From positions 1 through 64,000 of the forward strand of contig CAVSGG010000009.1 of the NCBI GenBank assembly GCA_963727455.1: a stretch of 64,000 bases of DNA. The letters run 5' to 3'. Numbering within the stretch: the first letter of the stretch is position 1; each line of letters starts with the position of its first letter. The notes beneath the pieces are model-generated. The model was not told where the DNA came from. It searched no databases and saw only the letters and a list, made by a program, of their open reading frames with translations. Both the position numbers and the translations under genes were made by a program. Below, in pieces: positions 42,151 to 52,179 of the stretch. The stretch comes from Candidatus Krumholzibacteriota bacterium. GTDB lineage: Bacteria; Krumholzibacteriota; Krumholzibacteriia; JAJRXK01.

Positions 42151-43917
42151 TCACTCTCCCCTGGCTTTGGTGGGGGAGTACGCCCCCCCCATTCCCTCCA
42201 CGAGCCCTTCGAAGAACGCGCGCGCGTTCGTGCCCAGATTGCGCGTCCGGTAGCCGCCCTCCTGCACCACCACGGTGCGCAGCCGCGCCGCGCCGATGCG
42301 CCGGCCGTTCGTGCGAAAGTCCGCCGGACTCAAAGACCAAGTCCCGGTGGGGTCGCCCTTGGCCGTGTCCAGTCCGAGAGCCACCACCAGGAATTGCGGT
42401 GCGAATTCCTCGATTTTGCTCAGAGCTTTGCTCAAAGTACTTCCGTGGCGCTTCCCGTCCACTCTCTCGGGCAGAGGGAAGTTCCAGTTGAAGCCTTCAC
42501 CCTGCTCCGCTCCGCTCTCCTCGGCGAAGCCGGAAAAGTAGGGATAGGCAAAGCTTGGATGGCCGTGGATGGAGACGGTCAAAACATCCGCCCGCTCGTA
42601 AAAGATCGTCTGTTGGCCGTTCCCGTGGTGGTAATCGATGTCGAGGATTGCCACCTTTCCGTGAGCGCTCAAAAAGTTCGCGGCGATCGCGTTGTTGTTG
42701 AAGTAGCAGAATCCGCCAAAGGCCGCGTGCTCCGCGTGGTGACCCGGCGGACGCACTAAAGCATAGGCGACGCGCTCGCCGTGGAGGACGGCCTCGGCCG
42801 CGGTCAAGGCGCAATCCACCGCCGCGAGCGCGGCGGTGAGTGCATTCGAGTTGAGCGGAGTGAAGGTGTCCATGCAATAGTATCCGGCCCGCACCGAGAG
42901 TTCCTTGGGAGCTCTCGCCTGATTGCGCAGGGGAAAAACGTAGGGATAGACCGACTTTCCCTCGGGCAAGCCCCGGCAGACTTTTTTGAAGAACTCGAAA
43001 TAGCTGCGGTCGTGTACCGCGAGGACGTGCGATTCCGCGAAGTGCCGCGCTTTCACTTCCCGAAACAGCGCGCTCTGATCGAGTTCCTTTCGGATCGCAC
43101 GAATACGCACCGGAGCCTCGACATAACCACGATCCTTGACGTGGTGAATTTCGTGACGTGCGTTGGCCACCAACACGATCGGGGCGAAGGCCTCTTTGAG
43201 TCGCGGATTCTCGCGCATTTTTGGCGCGCGGTAGCGCCTCGATCTCACTTGCACGGGATCGTCGACGAAAGAGGCGACGACCTCGTCGACGTAGCTCGAT
43301 TCGAAGGCCTGTCGATAACGTTTTTGAAGAATCGCTCTGACGATCTTGCGCGCCGCATCGCGGCGCAGGGCCTGGCCCGTCCCCAGATCGTCGTAGACGA
43401 GGTGGGGCATTCCCTTGCGGCCCCCATGCGGAGATAGTTCGTACTTGGTATTGACGATGGGCCGGGCCCCGTACCTCTCGTAGAAGCGCAGGCGCGCCAC
43501 GTTCTGCGAGTACTCCTCTTCGCTCGCACATTCATCGCGCTCGTCAGGAAGACACTCGAAGAACACGCCCAACACTCCCAGGGAACGCGCCTCCTCCCGA
43601 ACGCGTTCGTACAGGGCGCCTCCAATACCGGAGCCTCCCTTTTGCAAATCGGTCGCAATGTAGTCGAGGTAGAGGAAACGGTTGGCCCGGTCGTGAAGCA
43701 CCATCGCAAAGCCCCGCACCGCGCCGCGTGCGTTGTCCGCCACGAAGAGGAGGCTGCGGAATCGAAATTCGACGGGATCGTTCAGGCGCCGCGGCAGATC
43801 CGCGACTTCGCTCTCATCGAGACCGGGAAATCTCTCGCGCAGGATCTCCTGCACGCGCTGCATCTCTTGCCGGTCGAAAGGCAAGGAATCGTCGAAAATA
43901 CGCCGAATGCGGAACAT
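42151..43917 (-). CDS. GNAT acetyltransferase fused to a Zn-dependent deacetylase (HDAC/acetylpolyamine amidohydrolase family)
   Basis: N-terminal YLDYIAT...GSGIGGALY...RFYERYG; C-terminal RPPGHH, GFCYFNN, DIDYHHGNG, GLD and QEGGY. Confidence 0.9.
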   Translation of the reverse strand: MFRIRRIFDDSLPFDRQEMQRVQEILRERFPGLDESEVADLPRRLNDPVEFRFRSLLFVADNARGAVRGFAMVLHDRANRFLYLDYIATDLQKGGSGIGGALYERVREEARSLGVLGVFFECLPDERDECASEEEYSQNVARLRFYERYGARPIVNTKYELSPHGGRKGMPHLVYDDLGTGQALRRDAARKIVRAILQKRYRQAFESSYVDEVVASFVDDPVQVRSRRYRAPKMRENPRLKEAFAPIVLVANARHEIHHVKDRGYVEAPVRIRAIRKELDQSALFREVKARHFAESHVLAVHDRSYFEFFKKVCRGLPEGKSVYPYVFPLRNQARAPKELSVRAGYYCMDTFTPLNSNALTAALAAVDCALTAAEAVLHGERVAYALVRPPGHHAEHAAFGGFCYFNNNAIAANFLSAHGKVAILDIDYHHGNGQQTIFYERADVLTVSIHGHPSFAYPYFSGFAEESGAEQGEGFNWNFPLPERVDGKRHGSTLSKALSKIEEFAPQFLVVALGLDTAKGDPTGTWSLSPADFRTNGRRIGAARLRTVVVQEGGYRTRNLGTNARAFFEGLVEGMGGAYSPTKARGE

Positions 43918-43921
43918 GACC

Positions 43922-44944
43922 TCATGCCCGGTTCAGGAGCAACCCTTTCGGGTTTCTTCCCGCTCGTGCCGCGAGAAGAATTTGGGTGACGACCTCAGAA
44001 CGCGAGAGGCCGGCCTGCTCGGCCGCCGCCATGAAGCCGGCATCGGCGGAGAGACACGGATTCGGATTCACCTCGAGAATCCACTCCCGGCCGGCGTTGT
44101 CCACACGAAAATCGACGCGAGCATAACCACGCAAGCCGAAGAGCCTCCAGCACGCCCTGGCCGCCTCGGCGAGGCGATCCAACAGATCCTGGTCGCCGGC
44201 GCCCTCGACGAACTTGCGAACGGTATGTCCGTAGTCGAAGGAGCTCTCATCCCACTTCGCGGCGTAGCCCACGAGCTTCCGCTTGCCGGCCGGATAGTCG
44301 ACGAAGCACATCTCGGCGATGGGAAGTACGTCGGGCTGCCCGCTCTCCCCTTCCAGAAGTGCGAGATTGAACTCACGCCCCTCGATCCAGGCTTCAGCGA
44401 AGGCCTCACCGCCCAGATTCGAGCGACGCTGGACAATCTCCTCGCGGAGTTCCTGCGGCGAGGTCGCCAGGACGACCGAGGAATCATCGAGCCCCAGTGA
44501 GGCGTCCTCCCAGACCGACTTGACGATGTACTCCCCGGGCCAGAGCGCCGGCCCCTCGATCTCTCCGTCCTGGCTCATGAAGGCCGGAGTCGGCAGCCCG
44601 CTGGCCAAGAGGAGGCGCTTGGTCCACACCTTGTCGCTGCAGAGCACGATGGCCCCGGTGGGAGCACCGGTGTAACCGATCTCCAGCCGATCCAAGAGCG
44701 CCGGCACCAGATGGATCAGTCGTCCCTCGCCGTCGAGAGACTCCACCAGATTGAAGATGAGATCGCAGCCCTCATCCTTCAGCTTCTCTTCGAACTCGTG
44801 CAGAGGAAGGCTGGCGCCCAGACTGCTCACCCGGTGACCGAGCGCGCTCAGGGTCGCCGCGATCTCCTCGACCTGCACCATCCCGTCGCGTTCATCCGGA
44901 CGGCCGGTCAGGGCCCGCTCGTCGTGGGCCAGCACGATCTTCAT
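43922..44944 (-). CDS. D-Ala-D-Ala-ligase-like ATP-grasp amide ligase (second copy)
   Basis: FNLVES, YTGA, DK..TK, EDASLGL, IEGREF, YAAKW, ARVDFR and LEVNPNPCLS; start MKIVLAHD overlaps the upstream stop (ATGA). Confidence 0.85.
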   Translation of the reverse strand: MKIVLAHDERALTGRPDERDGMVQVEEIAATLSALGHRVSSLGASLPLHEFEEKLKDEGCDLIFNLVESLDGEGRLIHLVPALLDRLEIGYTGAPTGAIVLCSDKVWTKRLLLASGLPTPAFMSQDGEIEGPALWPGEYIVKSVWEDASLGLDDSSVVLATSPQELREEIVQRRSNLGGEAFAEAWIEGREFNLALLEGESGQPDVLPIAEMCFVDYPAGKRKLVGYAAKWDESSFDYGHTVRKFVEGAGDQDLLDRLAEAARACWRLFGLRGYARVDFRVDNAGREWILEVNPNPCLSADAGFMAAAEQAGLSRSEVVTQILLAARAGRNPKGLLLNRA

Positions 44945-45951
44945 GACGCCATGCTCGCCTGCAACGCTGGACTTCCCTCCGCGATGCGCTTGGTGGCCGA
45001 GGCAAGGATCGCCGCGATCAGATCCCGGTAGGACATGCCCACCGCGGTGCAGGTCATCGGCAGATCCGAGTGAGAGGGGTGCATTCCGGGAAGCGGATTG
45101 ACCTCCAACACGTAGAGTTGTCCGTTCCCGTCCTCGCGTAGATCCACGCGTCCCGCATCCCGGCAACCCAGGGTGCGCCAGGTGGCGAGCGCCAGCTCGG
45201 CGCAACGGGCAGCGGCTGAGGGGTCGGTGAGGAAGTAGTGCACCAGGCTCTCGCATTCCTCCTTGTTCCGATAGGTATAGGCGTGGGCATCGGCCTTCTC
45301 GTCGTAGCCCAGTTCGAGCGTCCCGATCACCGTGGCCTCCTCGCCGGTACCGACGATGCTCGTGGTGAACTCCCTGCCTTTGAGGTAGGGCTCGACGAGC
45401 GCGGGTTGCCGGTACTCCTTCAGGATGGAGAGGCACCTCCGGCGTAACTCTTCGGGCTCCTCGATCTTGGAATTGGAGTCGATTCCCTTGGCGGTTCCCT
45501 CGGCCACTGGCTTCGCGAACACCGGAAAAGGAAAAGTCACCCGCGCCAGGTCCCGGGCGGACTCCACGACCACGAAGTCCGTGGTCGAGATGCCCGCGCT
45601 GCGCAGCACGTGCTTCGTCATCCCCTTGTGCAGAGTCAGGGCACACACCAGAGGATCGGAAAAGGTGTAGGCGATTCCGTAGGCCTCCAGCAGCGCGGGG
45701 ACCTGGGATTCCCGGCCCACGCCCCAGAGTCCCTCGCTGATGTTGAAGACCAGATCCCAACGGTCCTTTGCCGCGAGTCGCCGGGTCAGGGCCTGGACAT
45801 GTCCGATACGATCCACTTCGTGACCGAGCGCCACGAGCTCCTGCTCGATGGAAACGATGGTCCCCTCGCGATCGAACTCGGCGGTTTCGCTCTCGCTGTA
45901 GCCCATCGCCAGATACTCGTCACGCAGGTCGAAGGTCATGCCGATCTTCAT
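44941..45951 (-). CDS. D-Ala-D-Ala-ligase-like ATP-grasp amide ligase (first copy)
   Basis: FNISEG...RESQVPALLE, KPVAEGTAKGI, GREF, GRVD and LEVNPLPG; start MKIGMTFDL overlaps the kamA stop (ATGA). Confidence 0.85.
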   Translation of the reverse strand: MKIGMTFDLRDEYLAMGYSESETAEFDREGTIVSIEQELVALGHEVDRIGHVQALTRRLAAKDRWDLVFNISEGLWGVGRESQVPALLEAYGIAYTFSDPLVCALTLHKGMTKHVLRSAGISTTDFVVVESARDLARVTFPFPVFAKPVAEGTAKGIDSNSKIEEPEELRRRCLSILKEYRQPALVEPYLKGREFTTSIVGTGEEATVIGTLELGYDEKADAHAYTYRNKEECESLVHYFLTDPSAAARCAELALATWRTLGCRDAGRVDLREDGNGQLYVLEVNPLPGMHPSHSDLPMTCTAVGMSYRDLIAAILASATKRIAEGSPALQASMAS

Positions 45952-47297
45952 GAGGCCTTCTCCTTCTTCCCGCGCCCTCCACGGGCCGAGCTCGTCACGG
46001 GATCGGGGTAACGGTAGATGTTCCCCTCGAAGTTCCTGAGCAGAACGTCGTTGCCATCCCGGCCCACCACGGATTGCGGGAGCAGGGGAATCTTCCCCCC
46101 ACCACCGGGCGCGTCGACCACGTAGGTGGGGACCGCATAGCCGGTGGTGTGCCCACGCAGACCTTCGAGGATCTCCAGACCCTTCTCGATCGGCGTACGG
46201 AGATGACTCGATCCGGAGATGGGATCGCACTGGTAGATGTAGTACGGCCGTACCCGCGCGCGCAGCTCGGCGTGCTTCAGGGCCTTCATGGTCTCCACGT
46301 CGTCGTTCACACCCCGCGTGAGCACGGTCTGACTGCCCACCGGAATGCCCGCGTCCGCCAGCCGCTCGCAGGCCTGAATGACCTCTGGGGTGAACTCGAC
46401 CGGGTGCATGGTGTGAACGCTCAGCCAGAACGGGTGGTAGCGTTTCAGCATGGCCACCAGTTCCGGAGTGATCCGCTGCGGAAGGACCAAGGGAATCTTG
46501 GTGCCGATGCGCAGGAACTCCACGTGCTTGATTGCCCGCAACCGCGAGAGAAGCCACTCCAGCCTCTCGTCGGTCATGGTCAGCGGGTCGCCACCGGAGA
46601 TCAGGACGTCCCTGATTTCTGGGTGCTCGGCGATGTAGTTGATCGCGACCTCGTACTGCGCATACGAGGCGTGAAACTCGGTAGAGTGTCCCACCATGCG
46701 CGCCCGCGTGCAGTAGCGGCAGTAGGTCGCGCAGAAGTTGGTCACCAGGAACAGGACGCGATCGGGGTAGCGGTGGATCAAACCCGGAACCACGGCATCC
46801 GTCTCCTCACCCAGGGGGTCGTCCGCTTCTCCCGGGGTACGCAGGAGCTCTCCCCGCACCGGAATCATCGTCTTCCGGATGGGGTCCTTGGCGTTCTGGG
46901 TGTCCATGAGGGAGGCGTAGTAGGGGGTGATGCCCAGAGGCAACCGCCCGCCGATCCGCTCGATGGTGGCGCGCTCACTGCGACTGAGGGTAAAGATGCG
47001 TTCCAACTGGGCGAGGTTGCGGATCCTCGAGTGCAGTTGCCAACGCCAGCTGTTCCACTCCTCCAGACTGGCCTCGGGGAAGAACAGACGGCGGAACTCG
47101 TCGCTCCGCTCGCTGACAGAGAACACCGCACCACTCTCGGACACGAGGGTATCCGATGCGGCGGATTCGCTGAGTTGTGGTTGAGGAAGGTGACGGGACG
47201 CCGGCTGAGCCTCAGCGGCTTGCCGATTCCGGTGAGCCAGGGGGGGTAAGCCAGGCGCCGGAGGTTCCGAGTCGAGACTCGGACTGAACTTGTTCAT
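45948..47297 (-). CDS. kamA: KamA-family radical SAM/PLP aminomutase (lysine 2,3-aminomutase-like)
   Basis: HRYPDRVL, CATYCRYC, SGGDPL, PYYIYQCD and VVDAPGGGGK (PLP lysine). Confidence 0.9.
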   Translation of the reverse strand: MNKFSPSLDSEPPAPGLPPLAHRNRQAAEAQPASRHLPQPQLSESAASDTLVSESGAVFSVSERSDEFRRLFFPEASLEEWNSWRWQLHSRIRNLAQLERIFTLSRSERATIERIGGRLPLGITPYYASLMDTQNAKDPIRKTMIPVRGELLRTPGEADDPLGEETDAVVPGLIHRYPDRVLFLVTNFCATYCRYCTRARMVGHSTEFHASYAQYEVAINYIAEHPEIRDVLISGGDPLTMTDERLEWLLSRLRAIKHVEFLRIGTKIPLVLPQRITPELVAMLKRYHPFWLSVHTMHPVEFTPEVIQACERLADAGIPVGSQTVLTRGVNDDVETMKALKHAELRARVRPYYIYQCDPISGSSHLRTPIEKGLEILEGLRGHTTGYAVPTYVVDAPGGGGKIPLLPQSVVGRDGNDVLLRNFEGNIYRYPDPVTSSARGGRGKKEKAS

Positions 47298-47488
47298 TTA
47301 CTTCCTTTGCCCACCAGGTGGGCGGCTGGAGCATGAGCCCGTTACACAAATCGCCCCCCCTTGGACACGACGGGAGAGCGAGGATCACGAGACTGGTTCC
47401 AACGGTGCCATAAAGAGGTCTATTTTTCGCTGACGTCAAGGGCCACTGTGGGTTTTGGAACAACTTTTTTTCAGGCGCAGGCCGTGCC

Positions 47489-47854
47489 TCAGTCGAGGCT
47501 GTCCGCCTTGGCCGCCGCAGCCTGAGCTCCCAGGCGACGGATCTGCACCACCACCGAGTCCAGCTCGGTGTCGGTGATCCCGGAAATGCCCTGCATGCGG
47601 CCCTTGCCGTAACGGGCGATGCGGCGGATCCGCTCGTCGCTGTTGTAGCGTTGGAAGACGGGATCGCGCAGGTCGATGTCCTCCTTGGCCATCTTGCTCG
47701 CGGTGGTGGAGGAGCCATCGATCTCGTGGCAGCGAGCGCAGCGGTAGGCGTAGACGCCGGCAGGACTCGGATCCTCCGGCTTGTGGGAGCAGGCCGCCAG
47801 GGCCATCAAGAGAAACAGACCGGCGAGGAAAACTCTCGGGCGAGGCGCGCTCAT
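47489..47854 (-). CDS. Monoheme cytochrome c lipoprotein
   Basis: Lipobox LAAC, CARCH and a distal GKGRM methionine. Confidence 0.8.
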   Translation of the reverse strand: MSAPRPRVFLAGLFLLMALAACSHKPEDPSPAGVYAYRCARCHEIDGSSTTASKMAKEDIDLRDPVFQRYNSDERIRRIARYGKGRMQGISGITDTELDSVVVQIRRLGAQAAAAKADSLD

Positions 47855-47858
47855 GGAC

Positions 47859-49298
47859 TCACCCCGCCGTGATGCGCCTGAGTTGCAGCAGGTTCGTGGA
47901 TCCCGGGATCTGCATGGTCCCACCCAGGACGACCACGGCCTCGCCCTCCTCCACCAAGCCATCATCCAGCAGGAGGCGATCCCCTTCCTGCAGCAGCGAG
48001 TCGGTGTTGTGGGCGAAGGAGGACTCATAGGGTGCCACACCGTGCAGCAGAGCCATCTGCCGGCAGACCCGCGGGTCGGGACAGAAGGCGATGATCGGTA
48101 CCTTGGGCCGCAGCTTACTCAGGACGCGCGCGGTCCGGCCGCTCAGGGTGTAAGCCACGATCAGGCGCACTTGGGTTTCCTCGGCCAGATGCCGGGCCGC
48201 CCACGCCATGGCGCGTACGGCCGGACTGAAGCGGGTCGGGTGCTGGGGGTTCTTCTCGGTGTCGGCGTAGAACTCGGAACGCTCGGCCTCGATGGCGATG
48301 CGGTTCATCATCTCGATGGCCTCGACGGGATACTCGCCTGTCGCGGTCTCCGCCGACAGCATCACCGCGTCGCTACCGTCGAAGATCGCGTTGGCCACGT
48401 CGCTGGCCTCAGCGCGGGTCGGACGGAAGTTGTGTACCATGCTCTCCAGCATCTGGGTCGCGGTGATGACAGTGACGCCGCGCAGATTGGCGGCGCGAAT
48501 CAGTTCCTTCTGCAGCCTGGGAACCCTTTCGGGGGCAAGCTCCACCCCCAGGTCTCCGCGTGCCACCATGATGGCGTCACTCACCTCTAGGATCTCCTCG
48601 ATCTGCTCCACCGCCTGCGGCTTTTCGATCTTGGCGATGATTCCCGGCCCGCCCCCCATGGACTCGATCTCACCCCGAAGCTGGCGGATGTCCTCGGCCT
48701 GTCGCACGAAAGAGAGCGCCACGTAGTCGACGCCGGCTTTCATCCCGCACACGAGATCCTCGCGATCGTGCGCGCCCATGGCGGGGGCATTCAAGGCGCG
48801 GCCGGGAACGTTGATTCCCTTGTGTGGCAGCAAGCGTCCCCCGTGCACGACGCGCACCAGGAGTTCGCTGGCAGACTGCTTCTCCTGAACTCTCAGTTCG
48901 ATGAGTCCGTCGTCCAGGAGGATGGTGTCGCCCAGCTCGAGGTCCTCGGCCAGGCCCCCGTAGGTGCAGGAAATCCGCGCGGCGTCGCCCACGATTTTTT
49001 CCGTCGTGATCACCAACTCGGCGCCGTTTTCGAGCCTCACCCCCGAGGAATTGGCCAGTTCGCCCACGCGCAATTTCGGGCCCTGGAGGTCCAGCATGAC
49101 CGCCAGCTGGCGCCCCCGCTCCTCTCCCACCGATCGTACCGTTTCCACCGCGCGCTTCAAGAACTCGTGGTCACCATGGCTGGCATTGATGCGCGCCACG
49201 TCGAGACCGGCATCGACCAGACGTCCGACGACGGAGGCCTCGATGCTGGAGGGCCCGAGGGTGGCGACGATGCGGGTGGATCGACGTGGCAGTTGCAT
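47859..49298 (-). CDS. pyk: Pyruvate kinase
   Basis: IVATLGPSS, DLQGPKLR, IAKIEK, MVARGDLGVE, ATQMLESM and AVMLSAETA. Confidence 0.96.
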   Translation of the reverse strand: MQLPRRSTRIVATLGPSSIEASVVGRLVDAGLDVARINASHGDHEFLKRAVETVRSVGEERGRQLAVMLDLQGPKLRVGELANSSGVRLENGAELVITTEKIVGDAARISCTYGGLAEDLELGDTILLDDGLIELRVQEKQSASELLVRVVHGGRLLPHKGINVPGRALNAPAMGAHDREDLVCGMKAGVDYVALSFVRQAEDIRQLRGEIESMGGGPGIIAKIEKPQAVEQIEEILEVSDAIMVARGDLGVELAPERVPRLQKELIRAANLRGVTVITATQMLESMVHNFRPTRAEASDVANAIFDGSDAVMLSAETATGEYPVEAIEMMNRIAIEAERSEFYADTEKNPQHPTRFSPAVRAMAWAARHLAEETQVRLIVAYTLSGRTARVLSKLRPKVPIIAFCPDPRVCRQMALLHGVAPYESSFAHNTDSLLQEGDRLLLDDGLVEEGEAVVVLGGTMQIPGSTNLLQLRRITAG

Positions 49299-49368
49299 GA
49301 GGTCCTCTGAGCGAGTAGCAGCAAGACGAGGAATTCGCAGAATAGCAAGCCGGGGACAAAAGGGCCAG

Positions 49369-51201
49369 TCAGCGGGGCTCTTCCCTTGCCGCTTCTTCGG
49401 GCTGCTCTGTCATCTTGAGAAAGGGCTTGGTGCGCACCGCCAAGGCCAACAGCAGATCGCGCTTGGAAATGCTGCCCAGAAGACTTTGCCCCGTCTCGTC
49501 ATCCACCACCGGCAGGCGCTCCCCATCGTGCTCGGAGAAGACTCGCAATGCGTCGCTGAGCGAGGCCCCGGCGCGAATGAGAGGAAACTCGCGATGCAAA
49601 ATGTCACGCGCGATGACCACGTCAGCCAGGCCACGCAGGGTGAGATATTGCTTGATGTCGTGCAGGGGAATGACCCCCTGGAAGATTCCCGCATCATCCA
49701 CGACGTACAGGTATTTGTTGTTGTTGGTGAGGAAGCTCTGCGCGATCTCCCGAAAGCGTGCGGTCTCGTGGACGGCCAGAGGGTCGTCTCTCATGAGGTC
49801 GCGGACCTGCAATTTCGAGAGCTGCTTGGCGTAGAGCGCGGCGCCCTTGCGCTCCAGGGCCTCGCTGTAAATGGGCACCGGCTCGATGCTGCGCGACACG
49901 TAGTAGGAGATCACACAGGCGAGCATGAGGGGCAACATGAGCTGATAATCGAGAGTCAGCTCGAAGATCATGATGATGGCCATGATGGGTGCGTGGGTGG
50001 TGCCGGCGAGGAACGCGCCCATTCCCAAAAGCGCGAAGCCGCTGGGGCTCAGCAGAGGATTGGGCCAGAACTGACCCAGAGTGTGTCCGAAGAGATAGCC
50101 CAGACACGCCCCGACGAAGAGAGTCGGCGTGAAGACACCGCCCACCGCCCCCGATCCAAAGGTCGCCGCGGTGGCGGCCACTTTGAAGGCGAGAATGAGA
50201 ATGAGGGTGCGCCACATCCATTGGCCGCCGAGAATGGCGCTCACCGTGCTGTAGCCATTCCCGCAAACCTGCGGATAGAACACCGCGAGGCCTCCGACCA
50301 CGGCTCCTCCCAGACCCAGCTTCAAGAAGAGCGGGATTCGCATGCGGCTGAAGAGCCGCTCACTGCTGCGCAAGGTGCGCAGAAACCAGGGCGCCGCGAA
50401 ACCAGCCACGACCCCCAAGGCCATGGTGGGCAGGATCTCCCACACCGAATTCAGGACGAAAGGGGGAATATCGTAGAGGGGAGCCGCGCCCATCAGCTTG
50501 CGAACGGTGAGCGTGGCCACCACCGAAGAGAAGACCAGTGGCCCGAAACTCTCCATTGCCACCGATCCCAGGACGATCTCCGCGATGAAAAGAGCACCCG
50601 CGATCGGTGCGTTGTAGGCGGAAGCAATTCCAGCCGCCCCGCCACAGGCGCTGATGAGCCGCCGCCGAGGCGTGGACCAGTGGCGAAAACGTCCCACCAG
50701 TGAGGCGATCATGGCCGAGAGCTGGACCATTGGCCCCTCTCGCCCGATCGATCCCCCGCCGGCGATCGAGAACAGCGCCGAGGCCGATTTCACGAGGCTC
50801 GACCTCACCGCCACCAGACCGTTGCCCACCACGATGGCTTCCATGTAATCGGTGGAATGCCGGCTGCGCGCGATACGACTGCCCCAGTAGAGAATGGCGC
50901 CCGCCATCAGACCGCCCACGGTGGGGGTCAAAGCGCGCTGCCAAAGGGGAAGATGAATGAAGCTCTCGACCACACCGCCTGATTGGCCGGTCAAAAACAA
51001 GTGCACCGCGTAGCTCAGGCGGCGGAAGATCACCGAGGCCACCGCGCCCAGATAGCCCCACCACACCGGCCCAGAAGAGGGTCTCGTGCAGCTCGCTGGG
51101 GCGGATGGTCTCCGCCATCCAAAGCCTCAGCTTGAGCAATCCCAAGAGGCGAGGAGGGCTCCCCCCTCCGGGGATTCGTTGCGGTCCTTCATCTCCGCCA
51201 T
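49369..51201 (-). CDS. clcB: ClcB-like ClC chloride channel/transporter with C-terminal CBS pair; apparent N-terminal frameshifts (~51057, ~51163)
   Basis: GGSIGREGP, YNAPIAG, GGVFTP and CBS domains. The N-terminus LKLRLWMAETIRPSELHETLFWAGVVG lies in another frame and joins across G-runs. Confidence 0.8.
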
Positions 51202-51313
51202 CTTGTACAACCACGGGAAGGGAACGAGACTCTCCGGCCTGGTCCGGAGAGTGACAAGAGCTCTCCGCCCGTGGCAATCATTTTTTGACGATTGTGGCCC
51301 TGGTGCGATCGGC

Positions 51314-52173
51314 TCAGCCGAAACGGCCCGTGATGTAGTCCTCCGTGCGCTTGATCGAGGGCTTGGTGAACATCTTTTGAGTTTCGTCCATCTCGATGAG
51401 CCTGCCCTCGTAGAGGAAAGCGGTCGTATCGGACACGCGCGAGGCCTGCTGCATGTTGTGCGTGACGATGATGATGGTGTAGCGCTGCTGCAATTCGAGG
51501 ATCAGCTCCTCCACCCGGGCGGTGGATCGCGGATCCAATGCCGAGCAGGGTTCGTCCATCAGAATGACCTCGGGATTCACCGCGATGCAACGCGCGATAC
51601 AAAGACGCTGCTGCTGTCCCCCGAAAGACTGATGGCCGGCGAGTGAAGGCGGTCCTTGACCTCGTCCCATAGCGCTGACATCCGCAGCGCGGACTCCGTT
51701 CGCTCTTGCAGCACGGAACGATCGCGCATTCCGTTCAGCCTCAGACCCACGGTGACGTTGTCCGCGATCGACATGGTGGGAAAGGGATTGGATTTCTGGA
51801 ACACCATTCCCACACGCCTGCGCACCATCACTGCCTCTACTTCGGGCGCATAGATGTTCTCTCCGAACAGGAGAATCTCGCCGCTCACCCGCGCGTGAGG
51901 AACCAGTTCGTGCATGCGATTGAGAGCGCGCAGAAAAGTGGACTTCCCGCATCCGCTGGGACCGATGATGGCCGTGACCGAGCGCTCGGGAATGTCCAGG
52001 GAGATATCCTTCACGGCCTGATTCGAGCCGAAATAGACCGAGAGATTGCGCACCTTGACCGCAGAAGCATGGGGCGCTTCCTTCGGACGATGGCTCCGGC
52101 CGCCCCTCAGGACGGAATGCAGCGGCAGGGGCTCCGCCGTCACTTTCTTTGCTGTGTTGTCCGTAGATTCCAT
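51314..52173 (-). CDS. pstB: Phosphate ABC transporter ATPase; frameshift in the LSGGQ codons (~51620)
   Basis: [42 protein letters not shown] and [10 protein letters not shown]. Confidence 0.92.
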
Positions 52174-52179
52174 GCTCAC

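Noticed and set aside
43922-45951. Calling the two ligases ddl or van resistance genes
   Set aside because: They lack Ddl N-terminal substrate motifs and have no mur/fts or vanH/vanX context.
45948-47297. Calling the aminomutase EpmB or part of lysine fermentation
   Set aside because: No efp/epmA or kamD/kamE/kdd nearby; it is longer than EpmB and coupled to ATP-grasp genes.
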